In this document: piece after piece, positions 28,853-39,034 of the stretch
How the letters are laid out: every line of letters begins with the position of its first letter
Numbering within the stretch: the first letter of the stretch is position 1
DNA from: Shigella phage ESh1
Reading direction: 5' to 3' (one strand)
DNA: 39,034 nt
Sequence record: ON528715
The notes under the pieces: model-generated
What the model saw: only the letters and a program-made list of their open reading frames with translations
The model's database searches: none
Told to the model about the DNA's origin: nothing
Position numbers and translations under genes: made by a program

Positions 28853-29884
28853 ATGGCTAACATGACTGGTGGACAGCAACTGGGTACTAACCAAGGTAAA
28901 GGCGCAAGTGCTTCCGATAAACTGGCGCTGTTCTTGAAGGTATTTGGTGGTGAAGTTCTGACTGCATTCGCTCGTACCTCTGTGACCACTTCTCGACACA
29001 TGGTTCGTTCCATCTCCAGTGGTAAATCCGCTCAGTTCCCTGTACTGGGTCGAACTCAGGCAGCATATCTGGCTCCTGGTGAGAACCTTGACGATAAACG
29101 TAAAGACATCAAACACACCGAGAAGGTAATCACCATTGATGGTCTCCTGACGGCTGACGTTCTGATTTACGACATTGAGGACGCGATGAACCACTACGAC
29201 GTTCGCTCTGAGTATACCTCTCAGTTGGGTGAATCTCTGGCGATGGCTGCTGATGGCGCGGTTCTGGCTGAGATTGCCGGTCTGTGTAACTTGGCAAGCA
29301 CCTCTGATGAGAACATTGCAGGTCTCGGTACTGCCACTGTAATTGAGACCACTCAGGCCAAGACTGCACTTACCGACCAAGTTGCTCTGGGTAAGGAGAT
29401 TATTGCGGCTCTGACTAAAGCTCGTGCGGCTCTGACCAAGAACTATGTTCCGGCTGCTGACCGTGTGTTCTACTGTGACCCAGATAGCTACTCTGCGATT
29501 CTGGCTGCACTGATGCCGAACGCGGCAAACTACGCTGCTTTGATTGACCCTGAGAAGGGTTCTATCCGCAACGTTATGGGCTTTGAGGTTGTAGAAGTTC
29601 CCCACCTAACCGCTGGTGGCGCTGGTACCACACGTGAGGACACTACTGGTCAGAAGCACGCCTTCCCTGTAACTAAGAGTGGTAATGACAAGGTTGCTAA
29701 GGACAACGTCATCGGCCTGTTCATGCACCGCTCTGCGGTTGGTACCGTCAAGCTGCGTGACTTGGCTCTGGAGCGCGCTCGCCGTGCTAACTTCCAAGCG
29801 GACCAGATTATCGCTAAGTACGCAATGGGCCATGGCGGTCTGCGCCCAGAAGCTGCTGGTGCGGTGGTTTTCAAGGGGGAGTAA
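28853..29884 (+). CDS. 10A: Major capsid protein 10A
   Basis: 343 aa MANMTGGQQLGTNQGKGASASDKLALFLKVFGGEVLTAFARTS..., close to T7 gp10A. Confidence 0.97.
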   Translation: MANMTGGQQLGTNQGKGASASDKLALFLKVFGGEVLTAFARTSVTTSRHMVRSISSGKSAQFPVLGRTQAAYLAPGENLDDKRKDIKHTEKVITIDGLLTADVLIYDIEDAMNHYDVRSEYTSQLGESLAMAADGAVLAEIAGLCNLASTSDENIAGLGTATVIETTQAKTALTDQVALGKEIIAALTKARAALTKNYVPAADRVFYCDPDSYSAILAALMPNAANYAALIDPEKGSIRNVMGFEVVEVPHLTAGGAGTTREDTTGQKHAFPVTKSGNDKVAKDNVIGLFMHRSAVGTVKLRDLALERARRANFQADQIIAKYAMGHGGLRPEAAGAVVFKGE

Positions 29885-30042
29885 TGCTAAAGGTGGCCTC
29901 GACGGTCGCTGCTAGTCCCGAAGAGGCGAGCGTTACTTCAACAGAAGAAACCTTAACGCCAGCACAGAAGGCCGCACGCACCCGCGCTGCTAACAAAGCC
30001 AGAAAGGAAGCTGAGTTGGCTGCTGCCACCGCTGAGCAATAA
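28853..30042 (+). CDS. 10B: Minor capsid protein 10B, by programmed -1 ribosomal frameshift near 29866-29875
   Basis: Slippery GGTTTTC at 29866-29872; the -1 frame reads ..VMLKVASTVAASPEEASVTSTEETLTPAQKAARTRAANKARKEAELAAATAEQ to TAA at 30040-30042, as in T7 10B. Confidence 0.65.
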
Positions 30043-30051
30043 CTAGCATAA

Positions 30052-30090
30052 CCCCTTGGGGCCTCTAAACGGGTCTTGAGGGGTTTTTTG
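30052..30090 (+). terminator. Late terminator Tphi
   Basis: CCCCTTGGGGCCTCTAAACGGGTCTTGAGGGGTTTTTTG hairpin plus T-run, as the T7 Tphi terminator. Confidence 0.95.
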
Positions 30091-30107
30091 CTTAAAGGAG
30101 GAACTAT

Positions 30108-30698
30108 ATGCGCTCTTACGATATGAACGTTGAGACTGCCGCTGAGTTATCCGCTGTGAACGACATTCTGGCATCTATCGGTGAACCTCCGGTATCGACG
30201 CTGGAAGGTGACTCTAACGCAGACGTAGCTAACGCTCGGCGTATTCTCAATAAGATTAACCGACAGATTCAGTCTCGTGGCTGGACATTCAACATTGAGG
30301 AAGGAATAACGCTATTACCTGATGTTTACTCCAACCTGATTGTATACAGTGATGACTATTTATCCCTAATGGCTACTTCCGGTCAATCCATCTACGTTAA
30401 CCGTGGTGGCTATGTGTATGACCGAACGAGTCAGTCAGACCGATTTGAGTCCGGTATTACTGTGAACATTATCAGGCTGCGCGACTACGATGAGATGCCC
30501 GAGTGCTTCCGTTACTGGATTGTCACTAAGGCTTCCCGTCAGTTCAACAACCGATTCTTTGGGGCACCAGAAGTAGAGGGTGTACTCCAAGAAGAGGAAG
30601 ATGAGGCTCGACGTCTCTGTATGGAGTACGAAGTAGACTACGGTGGGTACAATATGCTGGATGGTGACGCGTTCACTTCCGGTCTACTGACTCGCTAA
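30108..30698 (+). CDS. 11: Tail tubular protein A (gp11)
   Basis: 196 aa [35 protein letters not shown].. Confidence 0.95.
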   Translation: MRSYDMNVETAAELSAVNDILASIGEPPVSTLEGDSNADVANARRILNKINRQIQSRGWTFNIEEGITLLPDVYSNLIVYSDDYLSLMATSGQSIYVNRGGYVYDRTSQSDRFESGITVNIIRLRDYDEMPECFRYWIVTKASRQFNNRFFGAPEVEGVLQEEEDEARRLCMEYEVDYGGYNMLDGDAFTSGLLTR

Positions 30699-30721
30699 TA
30701 GTAATAAATAAGGAGGCTCTA

Positions 30722-33109
30722 ATGGCACTCATTAGCCAATCAATCAAGAACTTGAAGGGTGGTATCAGCCAACAGCCGGACATCCTTCGTTATCCAGACC
30801 AAGGGTCACGCCAAGTTAACGGTTGGTCTTCGGAGACCGAGGGCCTCCAAAAGCGTCCACCTATGGTTTTCCTTAAGACACTTGGAGGCAGCGGTGACTT
30901 GGGGCAAGCACCTTACATTCATCTTATTAACCGCGATGAGAACGAACAGTATTACGCTGTGTTCACTGGCGCAGGAATCCGAGTGTTTGACCTTGCCGGT
31001 AACGAGAAACAGGTACGATACCCAACAGACGGTGCTTCGTACATCACTACTTCAAACCCAAGGAATGACTTGAGGATGGTAACTGTAGCTGACTATACGT
31101 TCATCGTTAACAGAAACGTAAGGGTAGCGCGTAATCCCAACTCGGTAAACCTTGCTGGGTTCAACCCTAAGAAGGACGCATTAATCAACGTTCGTGGCGG
31201 TCAATATGGTAGGACACTACAGATTCAGATAAACGGTGGAACCCAAGCAAGCTACCAGATTCCTGATGGCTCACAGCCAGCGCATGTTAATAACACAGAC
31301 GCCCAATGGCTCGCTGAGGAACTTGCGCGACAACTTCGGGCAAATACTCCCGGATGGACCTTTAACGTTGGGCAGGGTTTCATTCACATTATTGCAGACG
31401 CTGCTGGTGAGATTAACTCTCTAGTGACTAAGGATGGTTATGCTGACCAGTTGATTAATCCTGTTACTCACTACGCGCAGTCGTTCTCTAAGTTGCCACC
31501 TAACGCTCCTGATGGGTACATGGTGAAAATCGTAGGGGATGCGTCCAAGTCTGCTGACCAATATTACGTTAGATATGATGCTACTCGCAAAGTATGGGTT
31601 GAGACATTGGGGTGGAACGTTAACAATCAGCTTATGTACGAAACGATGCCTCACGCATTGGTGCGTGCTGCTGACGGTAACTTTGAGTTCAGATGGCTTG
31701 AGTGGAACCCTAAAACCTGTGGTGACGACGATACGAACCCATGGCCTTCCTTCATGGACTCCACAATCAACGATGTGTTCTTCTTCCGTAACCGTTTAGG
31801 TTTCCTTAGTGGGGAGAATATCATCCTGAGTAGAACCGCTAAGTACTTTAACTTCTACCCAGCGTCAATCGCGAACTTGAGTGACGATGACCCTATTGAC
31901 GTGGCTGTAAGTACCAACCGAATAGCAATCCTTAAGTATGCCGTTCCGTTCTCAGAAGAGTTACTCATCTGGTCCGATGAAGCACAATTCGTCCTGACTG
32001 CTTCCGGCACCCTAACGTCGAAGTCAGTTGAGTTGAACCTGACGACCCAGTTTGATGTGCAGGACCGAGCGAGACCTTTTGGGATTGGGCGTAATGTCTA
32101 CTTTGCTAGTCCGAGGTCCAGCTTCACGTCCATCCACAGGTACTACGCTGTGCAGGATGTAAGCTCCGTTAAGAACGCCGAGGACATTACAGCACACGTT
32201 CCTAACTACATCCCAAATGGTGTGTTTAGTATTTGTGGTAGTGGTACGGAAAACTTCTGTTCGGTACTATCTCACGGTGACCCTAGCAAAATCTTCATGT
32301 ACAAATTCCTGTACCTGAACGAAGAGTTACGGCAACAGTCGTGGTCTCACTGGGACTTTGGGGCAAACGTGCAGGTTTTGGCGTGTCAGAGCATCAACTC
32401 AGATATGTACATTATCCTACGTAACGAGTTCAATACGTTCCTTGCGAGAGTTTCCTTTACGAAGAACGCCATTGACTTACAGGGAGAACCTTATCGGGCC
32501 TTTATGGACATGAAGATTCGCTACACGATTCCTAGTGGAACATACAATGATGACACGTTCACTACCTCTATCCATATTCCAGCCATTTATGGCGCGAACT
32601 TCGGGAGAGGCAAAATAACTGTATTGGAGCCTGATGGTAAGATAACCGTATTTGAGCAACCTACGGCTGGGTGGAGCAATGACCCATGGTTGAGACTAAG
32701 TGGTAATTTAGAGGGACGAACTGTATACATTGGGTTCAACATTAACTTCGTCTATGAGTTCTCTAAGTTTCTCATCAAGCAGACTGCCGACGACGGGTCT
32801 ACCTCCACGGAAGACATTGGTCGCTTACAGTTACGCCGAGCGTGGGTTAACTATGAGGAATCTGGTACGTTCGACATTTATGTTGAGAACCAATCATCCA
32901 ATTGGAAGTATACAATGGCTGGTGCTCGCTTAGGCTCTAACACTCTGAGGGCTGGGCGATTGAACTTAGGGACAGGCCAATACAGATTCCCTGTGGTTGG
33001 TAATGCAAAGTTCAATACCGTGTCCATCTTGTCTGACGAGACTACCCCGTTGAACATCATTGGATGTGGCTGGGAAGGTAACTACTTACGGAGAAGTTCC
33101 GGTATTTAA
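30722..33109 (+). CDS. 12: Tail tubular protein B (gp12)
   Basis: 795 aa MALISQSIKNLKGGISQQPDILRYPDQGSRQVNGWSSETEGLQKRPP.. Confidence 0.95.
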   Translation: MALISQSIKNLKGGISQQPDILRYPDQGSRQVNGWSSETEGLQKRPPMVFLKTLGGSGDLGQAPYIHLINRDENEQYYAVFTGAGIRVFDLAGNEKQVRYPTDGASYITTSNPRNDLRMVTVADYTFIVNRNVRVARNPNSVNLAGFNPKKDALINVRGGQYGRTLQIQINGGTQASYQIPDGSQPAHVNNTDAQWLAEELARQLRANTPGWTFNVGQGFIHIIADAAGEINSLVTKDGYADQLINPVTHYAQSFSKLPPNAPDGYMVKIVGDASKSADQYYVRYDATRKVWVETLGWNVNNQLMYETMPHALVRAADGNFEFRWLEWNPKTCGDDDTNPWPSFMDSTINDVFFFRNRLGFLSGENIILSRTAKYFNFYPASIANLSDDDPIDVAVSTNRIAILKYAVPFSEELLIWSDEAQFVLTASGTLTSKSVELNLTTQFDVQDRARPFGIGRNVYFASPRSSFTSIHRYYAVQDVSSVKNAEDITAHVPNYIPNGVFSICGSGTENFCSVLSHGDPSKIFMYKFLYLNEELRQQSWSHWDFGANVQVLACQSINSDMYIILRNEFNTFLARVSFTKNAIDLQGEPYRAFMDMKIRYTIPSGTYNDDTFTTSIHIPAIYGANFGRGKITVLEPDGKITVFEQPTAGWSNDPWLRLSGNLEGRTVYIGFNINFVYEFSKFLIKQTADDGSTSTEDIGRLQLRRAWVNYEESGTFDIYVENQSSNWKYTMAGARLGSNTLRAGRLNLGTGQYRFPVVGNAKFNTVSILSDETTPLNIIGCGWEGNYLRRSSGI

Positions 33110-33139
33110 TTAAGTGTTCTCCCTGTGGTGGTTCGAAAT

Positions 33140-33162
33140 TAATACGACTCACTATAGGGAGA
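33140..33162 (+). promoter_or_regulatory. Phage RNAP promoter phi13
   Basis: TAATACGACTCACTATAGGGAGA exact consensus. Confidence 0.9.
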
Positions 33163-33188
33163 ACAATACGACTACGGGAGGGTTTCTT

Positions 33189-33605
33189 ATGATGATTATA
33201 AGACCTACTAAAAGTACAGACTTTGAGGTATTCACTCCGGCTCACCATGACATTCTTGAAGCTAAGGCTGCTGGTATTGAGCCGAGTTTCCCTGATGCTT
33301 CCGAGTGTGTCACGTTGAGCCTCTATGGGTTCCCTATAGCCATCGGTGGTAACTGTGGGGACCAATGCTGGTTCGTTACGAGCGACCAAGTGTGGAGACT
33401 TAGTGGAAAAGCTAAGCGAGAGTTCCGTAAGTTAATCATGGAGTATCGCGATAAGATGCTTGAGAAGTATGATACTCTTTGGAATTACGTATGGGTAGGC
33501 AATACGTCCCACATTCGTTTCCTCAAGACTATCGGTGCGGTATTCCATGAAGAGTACACACGGGATGGTCAATTTCAACTATTCACAATAACGAAAGGAG
33601 GATAA
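33189..33605 (+). CDS. 13: Internal virion / assembly protein gp13
   Basis: 138 aa MMIIRPTKSTDFEVFTPAHHDILEAKAAGIEPSF..; start is the internal Met of ORF 33114..33605, with RBS GGGAGGG. Confidence 0.85.
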   Translation: MMIIRPTKSTDFEVFTPAHHDILEAKAAGIEPSFPDASECVTLSLYGFPIAIGGNCGDQCWFVTSDQVWRLSGKAKREFRKLIMEYRDKMLEKYDTLWNYVWVGNTSHIRFLKTIGAVFHEEYTRDGQFQLFTITKGG

Positions 33606-33609
33606 CCAT

Positions 33610-34200
33610 ATGTGTTGGCCTGCCGCAATACCTATCGCATTGGCTGGCGCTCAGGCTATCAGTGGTCAGAACGCTCAAGCCAAAATGATTGCCGCTCAGA
33701 CCGCTGCTGGTCGTCGTCAAGCTATGGAAATCATGAAGCAGACAAACATCCAGAATGCTGACCTATCGCTGCAATCCAGAAGTCGCCTTGAGGAAGCGTC
33801 CTCTGAGTTGACCTCTCAGAACATGCAGAAGGTCCAAGCTCTGGGGTCTATCCGAGCGGCTATCGGGGAGAGTATGCTTGAAGGTTCCTCAATGGACCGC
33901 ATTAAGCGAGTCACAGAAGGACAGTTCATTCGGGAAGCCAATATGGTAACTGAGAACTATCGCCGTGACTACCAAGCAATCTTCGCACAGCAACTTGGCG
34001 GTACTCAAAGTGCTGCAAGCCAGATTAGCGAAATCTATAAGGGCGAACAGAAACAGAAGAGTAAGCTACAGATGGTTCTGGACCCGTTGGCTATCATGGG
34101 GTCTTCCGCTGCGAGTGCTTACGCATCCGGTGCGTTCGACTCTAAGCCCACAACTAAGGCACCTATTGTTGCCGCTAAAGGAACCAAGACGGGGAGGTAA
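33610..34200 (+). CDS. 14: Internal virion protein B (gp14)
   Basis: 196 aa MCWPAAIPIALAGAQAISGQNAQAKMIAAQTAAGRRQ.. Confidence 0.92.
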   Translation: MCWPAAIPIALAGAQAISGQNAQAKMIAAQTAAGRRQAMEIMKQTNIQNADLSLQSRSRLEEASSELTSQNMQKVQALGSIRAAIGESMLEGSSMDRIKRVTEGQFIREANMVTENYRRDYQAIFAQQLGGTQSAASQISEIYKGEQKQKSKLQMVLDPLAIMGSSAASAYASGAFDSKPTTKAPIVAAKGTKTGR

Positions 34201-34206
34201 TGAGCT

Positions 34207-36450
34207 ATGAGTAAAATTGAATCTGCCCTTCAAGCGGCACAACCGGGACTCTCTCGGTTACGTGGTGGTGCTGGTGGTATGGGCTATCGTGCGGCTACCA
34301 CTCAGGCTGAACAGCCAAAGTCAAGCCTATTGGACACCATTGGTCGGTTCGCTAAGGCTGGTGCCGATATGTATACCGCTAAGGAACAACGAGCACGAGA
34401 CCTAGCTGACGAACGCTCTAACGAGATTATCCGTAAGCTGACTCCTGAGCAACGCCGAGAAGCTCTCAACAACGGGACTCTTCTGTATCAAGATGACCCA
34501 TACGCTATGGAAGCACTTCGAGTCAAGACAGGTCGTAACGCTGCGTACCTTGTGGACGACGACGTTATGCAGAAGGTCAAGGAGGGTGTCTTCCGCACTC
34601 GTGAGGAGATGGAACAGTATCGCCATAGTCGTCTTCAAGAGGGTGCTAAGGCATACGCTGAGCAGTTCGGTATTGACCCTGAGGACGTTGATTATCAGCG
34701 TGGTTTCAATGGGGACATTACCGAGCGTAATATCTCGCTGTATGGTGCACATGATAACTTCTTGAGCCAGCAAGCTCAGAAGGGTGCCATCATGAACAGC
34801 CGAGTGGAACTCAACGGTGTCCTTCAAGACCCTGATATGCTTCGTCGCCCAGACTCTGCTGACTTCTTTGAGAAGTACATCGACAATGGTCTTGTTACTG
34901 GGGCAATCCCATCGGACGCTCAAGCCACACAGCTTATAAGTCAAGCGTTCAGTGACGCTTCTAGCCGTGCTGGTGGTGCTGACTTCCTGATGCGAGTCGG
35001 TGACAAGAAGGTAACACTTAACGGAGCCACTACGACTTACCGAGAGTTGATGGGAGAAGAACAGTGGAATGCTCTTATGGTCACAGCACAACGTTCTCAG
35101 TTTGAGAATGACGCTAAGCTGAACGAGCAGTACCGCTTGAAGATTAACTCTGCGCTGAACCAAGAGGACCCTCGTACTGCGTGGGAGATGCTTCAAGGTA
35201 TCAAGGCTGAACTCGATAAGGTTCAACCCGATGAGCAGATGACACCACAACGTGAGTGGCTAATCTCCGCACAGGAACAAGTTCAGAATCAGATGAAAGC
35301 ATGGACTAAGGCTCAAGCCAAAGCTCTGGATGACTCAATGAAGTCTATGAACAAACTTGACGTAATCGACAGGCAGTTCCAGAAGCGAATCAATGGTGAG
35401 TGGGTCTCAACGGACTTCAAGGATATGCCAGTCAATGAGAACACTGGTGAGTTCAAGCATAGTGATATGGTTAACTACGCCAATAAGAAGCTCGCTGAGA
35501 TTGATCGTATGGACATTCCAGATGGCGCCAAGGACATGATGAAGTTGAAATACCTTCAAGCGGACTCTAAGGACGGGGCCTTCCGTACAGCAATCGGAAC
35601 TATGGTTACCGACGCTGGTCAAGAGTGGTCTGCCGCTGTGATTAACGGTAAGTTACCAGAACGAACTCCAGCTTTGGATGCTCTACGTAGAATCCGCAAT
35701 GCTGACCCTCAGTTGATTGCCGCTCTGTATCCTGACCAAGCTGAGTTATTCCTGACGATGGATATGATGGACAAGCAGGGCCTTGACCCTCAGCTTATTC
35801 TGGATGCTGACCGACTGGCTGTCAAGAGGTCAAAAGAGCAACGCTTTGAGGATGATAAGGCATTCGAGTCAGCACTTAATGCATCTAAGGCTCCTGAGAT
35901 TGCCCGTATGCCAGCGTCACTTCGTGAATCTGCCCGTAAGATTTATGACTCCGTTAAGTACCGCTCAGGTAACGAAAGCATGGCTATGGAGCAGATGACC
36001 AAGTTCCTTAAGGAATCTACCTATACGTTCACTGGTGATGATGTTGACGGTGATACCGTTGGTGTAATTCCTAAGAACCTGATGCAAGTCAACTCTGACC
36101 CGAAATCGTGGGAGCAAGGTCGTGATATTCTGGAGGAAGCACGTAAGGGAATAATTGCGAGCAACCCTTGGATAACTAATAAGCAATTGACCATGTATTC
36201 ACAAGGTGACTCCATTTACCTTATGGACACCACTGGTCAAGTCCGAGTCCGCTATGATAAAGAGTTACTCTCGAAGGTCTGGAGTGAGAACCAGAAGAAA
36301 CTCGAAGAGAAAGCTCGTGAGAAGGCTCTGGCTGATGTTAACAAGCGAGCACCTATAGTTGCCGCTAAGAAGGCCCGTGAAGCTGCTGCTAAACGAGTCC
36401 GAGAGAAACGTAAACAGACTCCTAAGTTCATCTATGGACGTAAGGAGTAA
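34207..36450 (+). CDS. 15: Internal virion protein C (gp15)
   Basis: 747 aa MSKIESALQAAQPGLSRLRGGAGGMGYRAATTQAEQ.. Confidence 0.95.
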   Translation: MSKIESALQAAQPGLSRLRGGAGGMGYRAATTQAEQPKSSLLDTIGRFAKAGADMYTAKEQRARDLADERSNEIIRKLTPEQRREALNNGTLLYQDDPYAMEALRVKTGRNAAYLVDDDVMQKVKEGVFRTREEMEQYRHSRLQEGAKAYAEQFGIDPEDVDYQRGFNGDITERNISLYGAHDNFLSQQAQKGAIMNSRVELNGVLQDPDMLRRPDSADFFEKYIDNGLVTGAIPSDAQATQLISQAFSDASSRAGGADFLMRVGDKKVTLNGATTTYRELMGEEQWNALMVTAQRSQFENDAKLNEQYRLKINSALNQEDPRTAWEMLQGIKAELDKVQPDEQMTPQREWLISAQEQVQNQMKAWTKAQAKALDDSMKSMNKLDVIDRQFQKRINGEWVSTDFKDMPVNENTGEFKHSDMVNYANKKLAEIDRMDIPDGAKDMMKLKYLQADSKDGAFRTAIGTMVTDAGQEWSAAVINGKLPERTPALDALRRIRNADPQLIAALYPDQAELFLTMDMMDKQGLDPQLILDADRLAVKRSKEQRFEDDKAFESALNASKAPEIARMPASLRESARKIYDSVKYRSGNESMAMEQMTKFLKESTYTFTGDDVDGDTVGVIPKNLMQVNSDPKSWEQGRDILEEARKGIIASNPWITNKQLTMYSQGDSIYLMDTTGQVRVRYDKELLSKVWSENQKKLEEKAREKALADVNKRAPIVAAKKAREAAAKRVREKRKQTPKFIYGRKE

Positions 36451-36476
36451 CTAAAGGCTACATAAGGAGGCCCTAA

Positions 36477-39034
36477 ATGGATAAGTACGATAAGAACGTA
36501 CCAAGTGATTATGATGGTCTGTTCCAAAAGGCGGCTGATGCCAACGGGGTCTCTTATGACCTTTTACGTAAAGTCGCTTGGACAGAATCACGATTTGTGC
36601 CTACAGCAAAATCTAAGACTGGACCATTAGGCATGATGCAATTTACCAAGGCAACCGCTAAGGCCCTAGGTCTGCGAGTTACCGATGGTCCAGACGATGA
36701 CCGACTGAATCCTGAGTTAGCCATCAATGCTGCCGCTAAGCACCTCGCAGGTCTGGTAGGGAAGTTTGATGGTGATGAACTTAAAGCTGCCCTTGCGTAC
36801 AACCAAGGTGAGGGTAGATTGGGTAATCCACAACTTGAGGCGTACTCCAAGGGAGACTTTGCGTCCATCTCTGATGAAGGACGTAATTACCTTCGTAATC
36901 TTCTAGATGTGGCTAAGTCTCCTATGGCTGGACAGTTGGAAGCATTCGGTGGTATCACCCCAAAGGGTAAAGGCATTCCTGCTGAGGTAGGACTTGCTGG
37001 TATTGGGCATAAGCAGAAGGTTACGCAGGAACTTCCTGAGTCCACAAGTTTTGACGTTAAGGGTATTGAACAGGAGGCTCCGGCGAAACCATTCGCCAAG
37101 GACTTTTGGGAGACCCATGGAGAAACACTTGATGAGTACAATAAGCGTTCAACATTCTTCGGATTTAAAAATGCTGCCGAAGCTGAACTCTCCAACTCAG
37201 TCGCTGGTATGGCCTTCCGTGCTGGTCGCCTCGATAATGGTTTTGATGTGTTTAAAGACACCATTACGCCGACTCGCTGGAACTCTCACATCTGGACTCC
37301 AGAAGAGTTAGAGAAGATTAGAACCGAAGTTAAGAACCCTGCGTACATCAACGTGGTAACTGGTGGTTCCCCTGAGAATCTTGACGACCTCATTAAGCTG
37401 GCTAACGAGAACTTTGAGAATGACTCACGCGCTGCTGAGGCTGGTCTTGGGGCTAAGCTAAGTGCTGGCGTTATCGGTGCTGGTGTGGACCCTCTCAGCT
37501 ATGTACCTATGGTTGGGGTTACTGGTAAGGGCTTCAAGTTAATCAACAAGTCTCTTGTGGTTGGTGCTGAGAGTGCTGCCCTTAACGTGGCTTCGGAAGG
37601 ACTACGCACCTCCGTTGCTGGTGGTGATTCCGACTATGCTGGAGCGGCTCTAGGAGGCTTTGTATTTGGTGCAGGAATGTCTGCACTCAGTGACGCTATC
37701 GCCGCTGGTCTGAAACGGAATAAGCCAGAAGCTGAGTTTGACAATGAGTTTATTGGTACTATGATGCGAATGGAAGCACGCGAGACTGCACGTAACGCCA
37801 ACTCTACGGACCTCTCTCGGATGAATACAGATAACATGAAGTTTGATAGTGAGCATAACGGTATTCCATATGCAGACCTTCCTACTGAGAAGGGTGCTGT
37901 GGTTCTCCATGATGGCTCTGTACTTAGTGCTAGTAACCCAATCAATCCTAAGACTCTCAAAGAGTTCTCCGAGGTTGACCCTGAGAAAGCTGCACGAGGC
38001 ATCAAACTAGCAGGATTCACTGAGATTGGGTTGAAGACCTTAGGCTCAGACGACGCCGATATTCGACGTGTGGCTATTGACCTAGTGCGGTCTCCTACCG
38101 GAATGCAATCAGGTTCCTCAGGTAAGTATGGTTCAACAGCTTCGGATATTTTCGAGAAACTTCGTGGCACTGACCAGCGTACTTACAACGACTTGTATAA
38201 GGCGATGTCTGACGCGATGAAAGACCCTGAGTTCTCCACTGGTGGAGCTAAGATGTCTCGAGAAGAAGCTCGTTACACTATCGAGCGTCGAGTGGCCTTG
38301 GCTATTGAGAACCCTGAGCTACAGAAGGCTTTAACTCCTAACGAGCGAATCGTAATGGACATCGTTAAGAGACATTATGACACCAAGCGTGAACTCATGG
38401 AGAACCCTGCGGTCTTTGGTAATACCAAGGCTGTGAGTATCTTCCCAGAGAGTCGCCACAAGGGTACATATGTTCCACATGTGTACGACAAGTACGCTAA
38501 GGCACTTAAGATTCAACGTTATGGCGCTGAGGGCTTACAGGAAGGTATCGCTCGGTCGTGGATGTGTAGCTACGATTTGAGACCTGCGGTAAAGGCCCGT
38601 ATTGACGAAGCACTTAAAGAGATGCACGGTGTAGAGGAAGTCACACATGATATGGTGTATAAGTACGCTATGGATAAAGCATATGGTATCTCCCACTCAG
38701 ACAGGTTCACTAATAGCTCCATCATTGAGGAGAACATTGAGGGTCTTGTCGGTATTGAGAATAACTCATTCCTTGAAGCACGAAACCTCTTTGACTCCGA
38801 CTTAGCAATCACCATGCCAGATGGCGAGCAATTCTCTGTGAACGATTTGAGGGACTTTAGCATGTTCCGTATCATGCCAGCGTATGACCGCCGCATAAAT
38901 GGTGACATCGCCATCATGGGGTCTACTGGTAAAACCACTAAGGAACTTAAGGATGAGATTTTGGCTCTTAAGGCGAAAGCCGAGGGTGACGGTAAGAAGA
39001 CTGGCGAGGTTCATGCTCTAATGGATACCGTTAA
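36477..39034 (+). CDS. 16: Internal virion protein D (gp16), N-terminal portion with lytic transglycosylase motif; 3' partial, continues at 2..1399
   Basis: MDKYDKNVPSDYDGLFQKAADANGVSYDLLRKVAWTESRFVPTAKSKTGPLGMMQF..; open to window end; the two parts total 3957 nt (1318 codons plus stop), the size of T7 gp16. Confidence 0.92.
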   Translation, partial: MDKYDKNVPSDYDGLFQKAADANGVSYDLLRKVAWTESRFVPTAKSKTGPLGMMQFTKATAKALGLRVTDGPDDDRLNPELAINAAAKHLAGLVGKFDGDELKAALAYNQGEGRLGNPQLEAYSKGDFASISDEGRNYLRNLLDVAKSPMAGQLEAFGGITPKGKGIPAEVGLAGIGHKQKVTQELPESTSFDVKGIEQEAPAKPFAKDFWETHGETLDEYNKRSTFFGFKNAAEAELSNSVAGMAFRAGRLDNGFDVFKDTITPTRWNSHIWTPEELEKIRTEVKNPAYINVVTGGSPENLDDLIKLANENFENDSRAAEAGLGAKLSAGVIGAGVDPLSYVPMVGVTGKGFKLINKSLVVGAESAALNVASEGLRTSVAGGDSDYAGAALGGFVFGAGMSALSDAIAAGLKRNKPEAEFDNEFIGTMMRMEARETARNANSTDLSRMNTDNMKFDSEHNGIPYADLPTEKGAVVLHDGSVLSASNPINPKTLKEFSEVDPEKAARGIKLAGFTEIGLKTLGSDDADIRRVAIDLVRSPTGMQSGSSGKYGSTASDIFEKLRGTDQRTYNDLYKAMSDAMKDPEFSTGGAKMSREEARYTIERRVALAIENPELQKALTPNERIVMDIVKRHYDTKRELMENPAVFGNTKAVSIFPESRHKGTYVPHVYDKYAKALKIQRYGAEGLQEGIARSWMCSYDLRPAVKARIDEALKEMHGVEEVTHDMVYKYAMDKAYGISHSDRFTNSSIIEENIEGLVGIENNSFLEARNLFDSDLAITMPDGEQFSVNDLRDFSMFRIMPAYDRRINGDIAIMGSTGKTTKELKDEILALKAKAEGDGKKTGEVHALMDTV

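Noticed and set aside
28772-30090. Possibility that the window is a pET-type expression vector (phi10 promoter, strong RBS leader, Tphi terminator)
   Set aside because: These elements are in their native phage context, flanked by the complete set of phage genes; no vector backbone, resistance gene or plasmid origin is present.

Overview
This 39,034-bp window is a complete, circularly permuted genome of a T7-like lytic podophage (Teseptimavirus-type, Autographiviridae), not a novel system. The last base and the first base of the window are contiguous in frame inside gene 16, so the window is the whole genome with its direct terminal repeat collapsed to one copy (around 6831-6990). All genes are on the + strand in canonical T7 order, reading from the window start: 16 C-terminal part, 17, 17.5, 18, 18.5/18.7, 19, 19.5, terminal repeat, early promoters, 0.3 to 0.7, 1 to 15, 16 N-terminal part. 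I located 17 phage-RNA-polymerase promoters, four sigma70 early promoters, the TE and Tphi terminators, the phi1.1A/B origin region, the gene 10 frameshift site and several RNase III-type hairpins. Gene identities rest on my recollection of the T7 reference proteins; I could not compute identities. Differences from T7 as I recall it are: (1) a free-standing HNH endonuclease gene inserted between the phi1.3 promoter and the ligase gene; (2) no counterparts of T7 genes 2.8, 3.8, 5.3 and 7.7; (3) a mosaic tail fiber with a T7-like N-terminus, a different receptor-binding region and a C-terminal chaperone-like module; (4) an extra consensus sigma70 early promoter; (5) a 10-C homopolymer after phi2.5; (6) small indel and frame changes in the 1.8 region and in gp7.3. 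I see no evidence of a novel defence or other undescribed system; the interesting content is ordinary phage mosaicism.
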